Assembly (NCBI GenBank): GCA_002269645.1
Contig: NIVC01000714.1
Location: 62,001 to 126,000 of the forward strand
Source of the DNA: Macrostomum lignano
Lineage: Eukaryota
Length of the DNA: 64,000 bases
Direction of reading: 5' to 3'
A program made the translations under genes and the position numbers. Position 1 is the stretch's first letter, and each line of letters starts with the position of its first letter. The notes beneath the pieces are model-generated. The model was given only the letters and a program-made list of their open reading frames with translations, searched no databases and was not told where the DNA came from. Of this stretch, positions 49,979 through 62,679 are shown in pieces.

Positions 49979-52900
49979 TCAGTTACGCCGCGACAAAGCT
50001 TCGATTGATCGCGACTTGGCGGCTCGGCTCAACCGTCCGCTGCTGACGCCACTGCCGCTGCCGCTCCCAGGAGTCGGGGTTGTCGACAAAGTCGACGGCG
50101 AAGCGACGGCAACGGCTAGGCCGCGTCGGCGCTTCTTCGGCGACGGCGACGGAGCCGGCGACGAGGCCTCCTGAGACGCGGCCGACGATTCGTCGGTTGG
50201 CGAAACCATCGCAACTGCGCGACGCTTTCGACTAATTACTGTCGCCTTTGATGTTGCCGCCTTTGACGCCGCCGTCTTTGAAGCCGCCGCCTTTGTGTTT
50301 GCCGCTTTTGGAACTACCGCTTTTGAAGCTGCCGCCTTAGAGATTGGTCGACTTTTTGCGCCCCTGCGTCGACCAACAGGCGACGGCGATGGCGATGGCG
50401 AAGGCGAAGGTGTTGGCGATGGCGACGACGACTTTGTAATAGTCTTTGTCGCTGACGGCCTAGTCTTTGTAGCAGTCTTTGTTGCAGCGGCTTTTTTAAT
50501 TTTGCCGGCTTGGACGGCGGCCGAGCGGCCATTCTGAGAGGCGGCGGCGCCTCGCTGCTGCGCCTGCTTTTTCTTTGTAGCAGCAGAAGTAGCAGAAGCA
50601 ACTGGCGACTCAGTAGAAGTGGTCGCTGACTTCAACGGCGATTTTATTGGCGATTTTGCTGGCGGATTTTTGGCCACCGTTGAAGGCTGCTGCTCGTCGC
50701 GCTTGCTTTGCTAGATAAAAAACAATTAATAGATTGAGAATGTTAAAAATTATTTTAAACTACTTATAGTATTTAGGTCAACAAAGTTTTTTAGTTTGTG
50801 TAATTAGCCTTTAGAAAAAAATAAAATTTTAATAAAGCTTTCCAGAATCAAAACCGGGAGAAATTACCTGAGAGAGTGGCTTGGTAGAAGTCGACGATGT
50901 ACTTCTATTAGCCGAAAGGGACACCTGGACGGCCGGTGTACTTTTAGCAGCCGGCGCCGACGGAGGCGATTTGGCCATAGTTGAAATGTTGCTAAGATTG
51001 GCAGAGTTAGTGGTTGCAGCGGCAGCGGCGGCCCTTTTACCCAATCGGACTCGGTCCTTCGGTATGAGGCCCTGCTGAATTGCGGCTGGATTCTTGGGTG
51101 GGCTGAACTGCACACCGGCTGGCAGGCTGGCGAACTCCGCTGCCACTGTGGCCTCCCGGTTAGCCGGCAGTAGGAACAGGCGCTTGGGCAGCTGAGGCTC
51201 GATAGGATAGTTTGAGATGGAGAAATTTGTACTTTTAGTCACTATGAGGCCGAGCGCCAGGTCGCAGACTGCGTGCAACTTTTTATTAGCCAATTCGTCG
51301 TCTGGGCGTTGGGCGTCGCGAGCGAGTCGCATGGTCTCCAGCATTCGGCGTAGGAAGCCGAAGTTCTCGCCTTTGGCAATCAGCGGCTCCAGGAGGAAGC
51401 GGAGGCCGCTCTTTAGTCTGCGGGATTGGTGGCAGCAGATTGGGGGCATTTATAAGGGCGAGGTAGGGGTGAGATACATAAGAAAACGGTGCGATAGAGG
51501 GAAAACAGGGGTGAGATATATACGAAAACAATGAGATAGAGGTGAGATAGGGGTAAGATATATAAGAAAACGGTGAGATACAGGGAAGAAAGGGTGAGAT
51601 AGAGGGGAGACAGGGGTGAGATATATAAGAAAACGGTGAGATAGAGGGGAGACAGGGATGAGATATATAAGAAAACGGTGAGATAGAGGGAAGACAGGGG
51701 TGAGATAGAGGGGAGACAGGGGTGAGATAGAGGGGAGACAGGGGTGAGATAGAGGGGAGACAGGGGTGAGATAGAGGGGAGACAGGGGTGAGATAGAGGG
51801 GAGACAGGGGTGAGATAGAGGGGAGACAGGGGTGAGATAGAGGGGCAAAAGGGGGTAAGACAGCATAGAAAAGATGGCTTATAGGTTAGTGAAACTCACC
51901 TAGCCAATTGTTTGGCATCCTTTGGCGACTCGAACTCGGGATCATTGGCCAGCAGGTGCACGGCATAAGGCAGAGTGTAGTCTGGCAGCACGGCAAAGAA
52001 TGTAACCCGATCGTTGGCAATGACGGACTGCTTGCTGGCCAGGTACTCCCTGCGGGCGGCCACGCAGCGGCTGTAGTAGGTGCGCGCAGTCTGCAGCAGC
52101 TCCTTGTCCTCGGCGGCCTCGGGCACGTAGGCGAACATCGCCATGAACTGCAGGGGCAGCTTGAACTTCACCAGGCCTCGGTGCAGCTTGCCTGGGGATG
52201 AGATGGGATCAGAGTCATCCAGCATTGAAGCAGCTCCCACTATAATAAAAGCAGAAGACTCACCCAGCATTGAAGCCGCAATAAAAGCAGAAGACTCATC
52301 CAGCATTGAAGGCACAAAAAGCAGAAGACTCACCCAGCATTGAAGCCACTCCTCACACAACAATAAAAGCAGAAGACTCACCCAGAATTGAAGCCAATCC
52401 CCAACCAACAATAAAAGCAGAAGACTCACAGCACTGAAGCCAATCCCCCAACAATAAAAGCAGAAGACTCACAGCACTGAAGCCAATCCCCCAACAATAA
52501 AAGCAGAAGACTCAGCACTGAAGCCAATCCCCCAACAATAAAAGCAGAAGACTCACCCAGCACTGAAGCCACTCTTCCACAAAAGCAGAAGACTCACCCA
52601 GCATTAAAGCCACAATAAAATCAGAAGACTCACCCACTATTGAAGCCACAATAAAAGCAGAAGACTCACCCACTATTGAAGCCACAATAAAAGCAGAAGA
52701 CTCACCCACTATTGAAGCCACAATAAAAGCAAAAGACTCACCCAGCAATTAAACAACAATAAAAGCAGAAGACTCACCCAGCATTGAAGCCACAAATAAA
52801 AGCAGAAGACTCACCCAGCATTGAAGCTACTCCCCACCCAACAACAAAAGCAGAAGACTCACCCAGCATTGAAGCTACTCCCCACCCAACAACAAAAGCA

Positions 52901-55900
52901 GAAGACTCACCCAGCACAGCATGCCGCACCTCCTTGCACGGGTCGCAGACGGTCAAGGCCAGAGTTTGGAATCGCTCGCAGTCCAAGAGCGGCACCAAAG
53001 CTTGGCGTTTGCAAACGCGCAGCAGCGCTTTGGCCGCGCAGACTCGCATCTGCGCCATCTCGCCAGCTTCCAACTTGGCGCCTTTGCCCGAAGAAGAAGA
53101 AGACGGATTGCCGTCGTACAGAATGATCTGGTGGAACAGGTCCACAATGGATTGGGCCGTATCGGAGGTGCAGTCGGCGGCAGCGGACGATGAGGCAGCG
53201 GAAGCTGAGGCCAGCCCGATCAGGTAGTGACAGAGGCAGCGTATGCTGGCCAATTTCACCTGGGCAAGATGCGACAAAGACTCAGTAGGGCTCCAACGGC
53301 TCAAGTCTCTGGCTGAACTGGCAGCTGTCGATTTGCTGCGACTACCAGCAGCTGCGGCGCCTCCAGCGGATGATGAAGGAGCTTGCCGGACGAATTCGGG
53401 CAACCGCTTGGCGACAAGATTGGCTACTTTGGATTGGTACTTGAGGGCGCTCTGTTTTAGAATCTGTGGGGATTCGTTGTTGAATGAGAGGACTGAGACT
53501 GGGGTGACAATAGGGGTGAGACTGGATGATGAGATTACGGTGAGATTGGATGATGAGATTAGGGGTGAGACTGGGGGCAACATCAGGGGTGAGATTGGAT
53601 GATGAGATTAGGTAAAACTAACTAGGGGTGAGACTGGAGGTTAGGCTAGGGATGGGACTAGAGGTGAGACTGGATGATGAGACTAGAGGCGAGACTGGAT
53701 GATGAGACTAGAGGCGAGACTGGATGATAAGTTTAAAGATGAGACTAGAGGTAAGACTTAAATCGAAATTGAGATCGGATCATGAGACTGAGATTGAGCC
53801 CGAATGAGACTAGAATAGAACTGACCGGTGAGACTAGAAGCGCCCCTCCCCAGCAGACAATTAAAAAAGGCCAGAGTCAGACCTGTCCCAGAGCATCCAG
53901 CCTGGGCACGCAGAGTTCGCTGCCGGAGCTAATCTTGACGGCATCGGCCACCAGGCTGTCCAGCTCGCCGGCAATCTGCGGCGCCAGCTCCGTTGCCTGC
54001 AGCGCTGTCAGACACTTGGCCGCCACTTTGGCAAGCGACGAGCACGACGCCGAAGTTTTGGCGACGTCGCAGATTCGACGAAGACGCGGCACGACAGCGT
54101 CGATGGCTTCTTGTCGATCTTCGGTGAACAGCGGCGTCAAATTCAACAGCAGGCGAAGACAGACCTCGGCGGTGTCCATCTCCATGGACTCGTCGCCCAG
54201 GCATTCGACAACGTAGTCGAAGGTGTCGTCTAAATCGACAGTGTGCCTCAGATAGAAGCTGAGCATGTTGAGCAGCAGCAGGCCCTTGTGCTGGGTGACT
54301 TCGCACGCTTCGCCGGGCAAAATGTTGGCCGGGTCTTCGCGGCCGCTGATTAGCAGGTTCACCAGGCTGGTGACGGATTCGCGGTCGAATAGCACCGGGC
54401 CAACTCGTTCTAGCAGAGTCTTCACCGTGATGCGATAGTTGATGGCGTTCTCCGTCTCTTTAGCCTGGGAGTGGTTTCAGAGCAAATGGAGTGCGTCTTC
54501 AATGCTGCACAGCAACGGGGATTCGCCTTGGATACAACCTTGGTGAACGGGGGATTCCCCTTGGATACAACCTTGGGAGACGGAGATTCCTCTTGGATAG
54601 GACCTTGGAAAACGGGGATTCCCATTTGATAGGACCTTGAAAGACGGGGATTTCCCTTGGATAGGAACTTGAAAGACGAGGATTCCCCTTGGATACAACC
54701 TTAGAAGACCGGATCCATCTTGGATAGGACCTTGAAAGACGGGGATTCCCCTTGGATAGGACCTTGAAAGATGGGGATTCCCCTTGGATACAACCTTGGA
54801 AGACGGGATCCCTCTTGGATAGGACCTTGGAAAACGAGGGTTCCTCTTGGATAGGATAGAACCTTGGAAAAAGGATTCCCTTTGAAAACAATCAATAAAA
54901 ACGGGAATTTTCTTTCGATATACCTTGGAAAACGGGGATTCCTCTTGGATAAACCGTGGAAAAACGGAGATTCCCCTTGGCTGCGACTTTGGAAAACGGG
55001 GTTTCCATTTGATGCGACATTCAAAGCTACAGATGAAAACTTGATCATGACGGGAAGTCCCCTTAAATATAAAACCAATGCGCACCTTTTTGCCAATATG
55101 AAGAGCCTGATCGTGGCTAGCTAGCAGGCTTCGCAGCAGTTCCGCAGCCTTGTCGCACGGACAATCCTTGGACAGAATTTTGGTTAACAGCTGGCGCATC
55201 GGCTTCTCGCGGTGTAGAAAATTGAAGAATTTGCGCAAATACTCGTTGGCCCGTTCGGCGTGTTGGAAATAAATAGACAGAGATCGAAGCTTAGCCATGA
55301 TGACGGACTCGGATTCTGGAGACAGTTTATCTGGCTCGGCCGAGATTATCTCTAGGATGGCGCTGGTCAGCTGGGTCACGTGATACTGCGTCTTCAGCAT
55401 CTCCACTAGTGCCTGCATCGGAAATAATATTGAATATTCGTATTAGAGACAAAAGAATACTTCGCTTTTATTACTCATAGTAGTATCCAGCCAAAGCTTA
55501 TATTCAGTTTATTATTAAGGAGCCTTATAGGGCAATTAAACACATTAAGAAATTAGGCCTGTTAGTTCAATTAGGCATCCAATGGACCCAATTGGGCATT
55601 CTATGGACACAATTTCGGCACCACATAGACACATTTGGGCATCCTATAGACATTTAGGCACACCAGAGACACATTTGGGCATCCTATAGACATTTAGGCA
55701 CACCAGAGACACATTTGGGCACCCTATAGACACATTTGGGCATCCTATAGACATTTAGGCACACCAGAGACACAGTTAGGCACCCTATAGACACATTTGG
55801 GCACCCTATAGACACATTTTTAGGCACTTTATAGACACATTTTTAGGCACTTTATAGACACATTTTTAGGCACTTTATAGACACATTTTTAGGCATTTTA

Positions 55901-58900
55901 TAGACACATTTAGGCACTCTATAGACACATTTAGGCACATCATGGACACATTTGGACACCTTAGAAACACATTTTAGGCACACTATAGACAATTTTTTAG
56001 GCACCCTATAGACACATTTGGGCACCCTATAGACCCTATAGACACATAGTTAAGTCGTGGACCCATTTTAGCCCCATATAAAAGTTACCCACCCCCCACT
56101 ACGGACCCCAATAAGACCCACCGAAGTGATTATAAATCAAAAGCATAGCAATTTCTAAAACAACTCATCCAGACCTTAGTAGACGGATTGCTAAACGAGC
56201 AGAAGCAGCGCAGCAGGGCTCGCATCCGATCTTTTGAGCCCAGACTGTAGGGCACCAATGAGGCCTTGAAGTGCCGTTCCACTGCTATGCGATCCCAGTT
56301 GCTCTCCTAGAAGGCAGGCGACATGTTTAAAACGATTAAAAATTATATTATTTTCGATACATATTGGCGACGTTTTTTATTTACTTATCTTAAAGCCTTT
56401 TACTATTTTACATTACTCAAATCTCAACTTTTTAATCTCTATTCACTATAGTCATACACATTTTCTCATAAATCTATCACAATAAATCCAATTACAAAAA
56501 TTTCTTTTTTTGATGCTTTAACTCCATCATAGGGATACAGAACTATTTCACTAATCCCAATAATCCCACTAAGTCCCCCGCCGAAGTCAAATTATCTCAC
56601 CTCAGAAATCCCACAATCTCCACGTCCCTTAATCCCATCTCCCTAATTCCCACACCCCTATTCCTATCTTCTTAATCCTATTTACCTATTCCTATCTCCC
56701 TAATACCATCTCCTTAATCGAACATCCCTAATCCCATCTTGCGGATCCCATCTCGCAAATACCATCTCCCTAATTACATCTCGCAAATCCCATCTTCCTA
56801 ATCCTATCTACCTATTCCCATCTTCCTAATCCTATCTACCTATTCCCATCTTCCTAATCCTATCTACCTATTCCCATCTTCCTAATCCTATCTACCTATT
56901 CCCATCTTCCTAATCCTATCTACCTATTCCTATCTTCCTAATCCTATCTACCTATTCCTATCTTCCTAATCCTATCTACCTATTCCTATCTTCCTAATCC
57001 TATCTACCTATTCCTATCTTCCTAATCCTATCTACCTATTCCTATCTTCCTAATCCTATCTACCTATTCCTATCTTCCTAATCCTATCTACCTATTCCTA
57101 TCTTCCTAATCCTATCTACCTATTCCTATCTTCCTAATCCTATCTACCTATTCCTATCTTCCTAATCCTATCTACCTATTCCTATCTTCCTAATCCTATC
57201 TACCTATTCCTATCTTCCTAATCCTATCTACCTATTCCTATCTTCCTAATCCTATCTACCTATTCCTATCTTCCTAATCCTATCTACCTATTCCTATCTT
57301 CCTAATCCTATCTACCTATTCCTATCTTCCTAATCCTATCTACCTATTCCTATCTCCCTAATCCTATCTACCTATTCCTATCTCCCTAATACCATCTCCT
57401 TAATCGAATATCCCTAATCCTATCTCGTGAATCCCATCTCGCGGATCCCATCTCGCGGATCCCACCTCGCAAATCCCATCTCCCTAATCGCATCTCGCTA
57501 ATCCCATCTCCCTAATCACATCTTGTTAATCCCATCTCGTCAATCCCACACCCTAATCCCATCTCGCTAATCGCAACCCGGATATCGCATAAATAAAGCA
57601 ATCTAATCTCTTACCTGGAAGTACATGTGCATGATAGCATTAACGCACTGGGACAGCCTAGACCACACAGTTTTATTGCCAGACTTAATCAAATCAGCAT
57701 TCATACTGTAGGTTTTATAGATGCTGGCGAGGCTGGTGAGGGCAGCCCGGCGCACGCCTTGGTCTTTGTCGCGAGACCGATCAATTAAAATCGATAAATA
57801 GTCCTCCGGCAGGGACTCCAGCTCCTGCTTGGCCAGTTCAACTACTTGGCCAATCACGCAGTCTCTGATGTCCGTGTGGGCGTCAATACTTCGACCGCGG
57901 AGCAGCGCAACCAGGGTGTCACGCAGGTCGGGATTCGTTCGCAGCAGCTGAGGCACGGAGGCCACGCAGATTCGCCTGACCTCCAAGCTGACGTCAACAA
58001 ATCTACCGAGGAAAGCTTTCCACAGATCCGGCTGAAGCTGCACCAGATTCCCGGTGGTCTCGCTAAATAGCTTCGCCATAAGTCGGCAGGCCCGCTTCCG
58101 TTCGCGCTCGTGATTTGACAGCAGCTTCAGCTCAAGCATGGGCAGCACGGGACTCACGAACACGTGATCAATCTTGTGCAGCTCATAGATTAATGAGAAT
58201 ACTAATTCGTCTCTGATGCCAGACTGTTGAGACTTGAGCTGCGGCTGCTCATCGGAGTCCTCGGACGAGAGCACGAGCATATTCTGCAGCATCTGGTGAA
58301 TCATCTGATCCAGGTGCTTCACAGTTTCCTGCACAATGATAAGTAAGGGTAGGTAAGTAGTAGATTGTGAAACAAGCTGGTTGGCAACCAACATTTACTT
58401 GCCAGGGGCATTAAAACTTGTTGGCAGGGAACCAAAACCGGTTCCCGTTGCCAGGGCGATTTAAACTCGTAGCCAATGACACTAGAACCAGTTGCTAATG
58501 ACACTAGAACCAGTTGCTAATGACACTAGAACCAGTTGCTAATGACACTAGAACCAGTTGCTAATGACACTAGAACCAGTTGCTAATGACACTAGAACCA
58601 GTTGCTAATGACACTAGAACCAGTTGCTAATGACACTAGAACCGGTTGCTAATGACACTAGAGCCGGTTGCTAATGACACTACAACCGGTCGCTAATGAC
58701 ACTTGAACCGGTTGCTAATGACACTAGAACCGGTTGCTTAGGACACTAGAACCAGTTGCTAATGACACTAGAACCAGTTGCTAATGACACTAGCCGGTTG
58801 CTAATGACACTAGAACCGGTTGCTAATGACACTAGAACCGGTTGCTAATGACACTAGAGCCGGTTGCTAATGACACTAGAGCCGGTTGCTAATGACACTA

Positions 58901-61900
58901 GAACCGGTTGCTAACGACACTAGAGCCGGTTGCTAATGACACTAGAACAGGTTGCTAATAACACTACAACCGGTTGCTAATGACACTTGAACCGGTCGCT
59001 AATGACACTTGAACCGGTTGCTAATGACACTAGAACAGGTTACTAATGACACTACAACCGGTCGCTAATGACACTTGAACCGGTTGCTAATGACACTAGA
59101 ACAGGTTACTAATGACACTACAACCGGTCGCTAATGAAACTTGAACCGGTTGCTAATGACACTTGAACAGGTTGCTTAGGACACTAGAACCGTTTGCTAA
59201 TGACACTAGAACCGGTTGCTTAGGACACCAGAACCGGTTGCTTAGGACACCAGAACTGGTTGCTTAGGACACTAGAACCGTTTGCTAATGACACTAGAAC
59301 CGGTTGCTTAGGACACTAGAACCAGTTGCTAATGACACTAGAACCGGTTGCTAATGACACCAGAACCAGTTGCTTAGGACACCAGAACTGGTTGCTAGTG
59401 AAACCAGAACCGGTTGCTTAGGACACCAGAACCGGTTGCTTAGGACAGCAGAACCGGTTGCTAGTGACACCAGAACCGGTTGCTTAGGACACTAGAACCG
59501 GTTGCTTAGGACACTAGAACCGGTTGCTAATGACACTAGAACCAGTTGCTAATGACACTAGAACCGGTTGCTAATGACACTGGAACCGGTTGCTAATGAC
59601 ACTAGAACCGGTTGCTAATGACACTACAATCGGTTGCTAATGACACTAGAACCGGTTGCTAATGACACTAGAACCGGTTGCTAATGACACTAGAGCCGGT
59701 TACTAATGACACTACAACCGGTCGCTAATGAAACTTGAACCGGTTGCTAATGACACTAGAACCAGTTGCTAATGACACTTGAACCGGTTGCTTAGGACAC
59801 TTGAACCGGTTGCTAATGACACTTGAACCGGTTGCTAATGACACTTGAACCGGTTGCTAATGACACTAGAACCAGTTGCTAATGACACTAGAACCAGTTG
59901 CTAATGACACTAGAACCAGTTGCTAATGACACTAGAACCGGTTGCTTAGGACACTTGAACCGGTTGCTAATGACACTAGAACAGGTTACTAATGACACTA
60001 CAACCGGTCGCTAATGACACTTGAACCGGTTGCTAAAGACACTACAATCGGTTGCTAATGACACTAGAACCAGTTGCTAATGACACTAGAACCAGTTGCT
60101 AATGACACTACAATCGGTTGCTAATGACACTAGAACCAGTTGCTAATGACACTAGAACCAGTTGCTAATGACACTACAACCAGTTGCTAATGACACTAGA
60201 ACCGGTTGCTTAGGACACTTGAACCGGTTGCTAATGACACTTGAACCGGTTGCTAATGACACTAGAACAGGTTACTAATGACACTACAACCGGTCGCTAA
60301 TGACACTTGAACCGGTTGCTAAAGACACTACAATCGGTTGCTAATGACACTAGAACCAGTTGCTAATGACACTAGAACCAGTTGCTAATGACACTAGAAC
60401 CAGTTGCTAATGACACTAGAACCGGTTGCTTAGGACACTAGAACCAGTTGCTAATGACACTAGAACCAGTTGCTAATGACACTTGAACCGGTTGCTAATG
60501 ACACTTGAACCGGTTGCTAATGACACTAGAACCAGTTGCTAATGACACTAGAACCAGTTGCTAATGACACTAGAACCGGTTGCTAATGACACTAGAACCA
60601 GTTGCTAATGACACTTGAACCGGTTGCTAATGACACTAGAACCAGTTGCTAATGACACTAGAACCAGTTGCTAATGACACTAGAACCGGTTGCTAATGAC
60701 ACTAGAACCAGTTGCTAATGACACTAGAACCAGTTGCTAATGACACTTGAACCGGTTGCTAATGACACTTGAACCGGTTGCTAATGACACTAGAACCAGT
60801 TGCTAATGACACTAGAACCAGTTGCTAATGACACTTGAACCGGTTGCTAATGACACTTGAACCGGTTGCTAATGACACTACAACCGGTCGCTAATGACAC
60901 TTGAACCGGTTGCTAATGACACTACAATCGGTTGCTAATGACACTAGAGCCGGTTGCCAGGGACTAGAGAACCTACAGAACTGCTTGCTTAGAACCTCCA
61001 AGCTAAATTACCAGTAGAGATTAGAAATTTTACCCGCAAAAGCCGCGAAGCCAGCTGATAGCAGCGGGGCTCCTGCATCTTCTTCGGTTGAATAATGAAC
61101 TCGAGCACGTATTTGACGGTGTCAGGGCCTAACAGTTCCATCTCCTCGTCAACAACTTTAACAGCGGCATCTAACAGATAGCGAACGCAATCGTCTGGCG
61201 TGTCCTCCCAGCTCCAGATGTCCACAGTGCGCACGATGGTGAACAGGAATCGGAAGAACTCAAAGCAGGCCCGCTTGCCATCCGGATTGGTGTGGCACAC
61301 GGAGATGAAATCGGTTTGTATCAGGCTCTGACAGAAGTAGGACAGGTTCTGGTAGGCCACGTCCTCTTTCGATTGGATCTGCGGTGCGGCGATCAGGGGA
61401 AAGGTGTCAGAAAGAGGATTTAAGTTTGTCAGATTAGGACAGTAAGACAGTGGGGTGCCAGATAAGACAGTGGGATGTCAGGAAAGACAGCGGGATGTCA
61501 GATAAGACAGTGGGATGTCAGGAAAGACAGCGGGATGTCAGATAAGACAGTGGGATGTCAGATAAGACAGTGAGATGTCAGGAAAGACAGTGGGACGTCA
61601 GATAAGACAGTGGGATGTCAGGAAAGACAGTGGAATGTCAGAAAAGACAGTGGGATGTCAGATAAGACAGTGGGATGTCAGGAAAGACAGTGGGATGTCA
61701 GATAAGACAGTGGGATGTCAGGAAAGACAGTGGGATGTCAGATAAGACAGTGGGATTTTGGGAAAGACAGTGGGGCGTCAGATAAGACAGTGGGATGTCA
61801 GGAAAGACAGTGGGATGTCAGATAAGACAGTGGGATTTTGGAAAAGACAGTGGGACGTCAGATAAGACAGTGGGATGTCAGGAAAGACAGTGGAATGTCA

Positions 61901-62679
61901 GAAAAGACAGTGGGCGTCAGATAAGAAAGTGGGATGTCAGATAAGACAGTGGGATGTCAGGAAAGACAGTGGGATGTCAGATAAGACAGTGGGATGTCAG
62001 GAAAGACAGTGGGATGTCAGGAAAGACAGTGGGATGTCAGATAAGACAGTGGGATTTTGGAAAAGACAGTGGGGTGTCAGATAAGACAGTGGGATGTCAG
62101 ATAAGACAGTGGGATGTCAGCTAAGACAGTGGGATGTCAGGTATGACAGTGGGATGTCAGATAAGACAGTGGGATGTCAGATAAGACAGTGGGATGTCAG
62201 ATAAGACAGTGGGATGTCAGATAAGACAGTGGGATGTCAGATAAGACAGTGGGTGTCAGATAAGAAAGTGGGATGTCGGGAAAGACAGCAGAGCGTCAGA
62301 GTCTCCCCATCATCATATGCTTCACCTGCTGCATGCGGGAGGCGGTCTTAAAGAGAAAGACGACCACAGTAACAATGAGTTGGTCCTCGTCGCACAAGCT
62401 GACAAACGGGTTGCTGGGGCAGTAGATTTTGAACAGCTCAATTAAACAGCAGCCAACCAGCAAGCGGATATCTTTATCCGGGTGGTTTAGAAAATGGCTG
62501 GCAGCCAGGTGCAAGCTCAGGCCCTGGAAGTCGTTGTTATTATTGCCTTGTTTGTCCAAACTCACTAGCATAGTGAGGGCGCCCCAAAGCTCTTTGAGAC
62601 GCTTTTTCAGTTCATCCGGTTTGAGACTCTCGTGAATCTCTTTGCATCCGGGTGGATAGAGAATGGAGCAGCTAGACAT
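49979..62679 (-). CDS. PDS5: Sister chromatid cohesion protein Pds5 (HEAT repeats plus basic Ser/Pro-rich C-terminal tail), about 1526 aa
   Basis: Exons 62679-62326, 61378-61034, 58328-57615, 56306-56175, 55412-55086, 54464-53883, 53463-52911, 52191-51900, 51417-50868 and 50710-49979. All GT-AG, total 4581 nt in frame. Motifs: YPPGCKEI, HPDKDIRLLVGCCL, LIYELHKID..SPVLPMLELKLLSN..ER, FLGRFVDVSLEVR, KLHRGLVKFKLPLQFM, LPDYTLPYAVHLLANDP, KLHAVCDLALGLI. Confidence 0.93.
51460..51850. repeat. 22-bp minisatellite GTGAGATAGAGGGGAGACAGGG, Pds5 intron 8
   Basis: Seen directly. Confidence 0.9.
52205..52918 (-). repeat. About 33-45-bp minisatellite containing TGCTGG|GTGAGT, Pds5 intron 7
   Basis: 15 GACTCAC (plus strand) counted, including the true donor. 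Confidence 0.9.
53500..53760. repeat. About 25-bp degenerate repeat CTGGATGATGAGACTAGAGGCGAGA, Pds5 intron 6
   Basis: Seen directly. Confidence 0.75.
54510..54990. repeat. About 31-bp repeat GGGGATTCCCCTTGGATAGGACCTTGAAAGAC, Pds5 intron 5
   Basis: Seen directly. Confidence 0.85.
55570..56045. repeat. About 21-23-bp repeat GACACATTTGGGCACCCTATA, Pds5 intron 4
   Basis: Seen directly. Confidence 0.85.
56590..57575. repeat. 28-bp minisatellite TATTCCTATCTTCCTAATCCTATCTACC, Pds5 intron 3
   Basis: Homogeneous core with decayed flanks. Confidence 0.92.
58475..60960. repeat. 22-bp minisatellite GAACC(A/G)GTTGCTAATGACACTA (more than 100 copies), Pds5 intron 2
   Basis: Array of about 2.5 kb. Confidence 0.96.
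61440..62285. repeat. 20-bp minisatellite GTCAGATAAGACAGTGGGAT, Pds5 intron 1
   Basis: Seen directly. Confidence 0.94.

Noticed and set aside
58475-60960. Regular 22-bp array with a palindromic core; considered as CRISPR
   Set aside because: Units are directly adjacent without spacers and lie inside a Pds5 intron.
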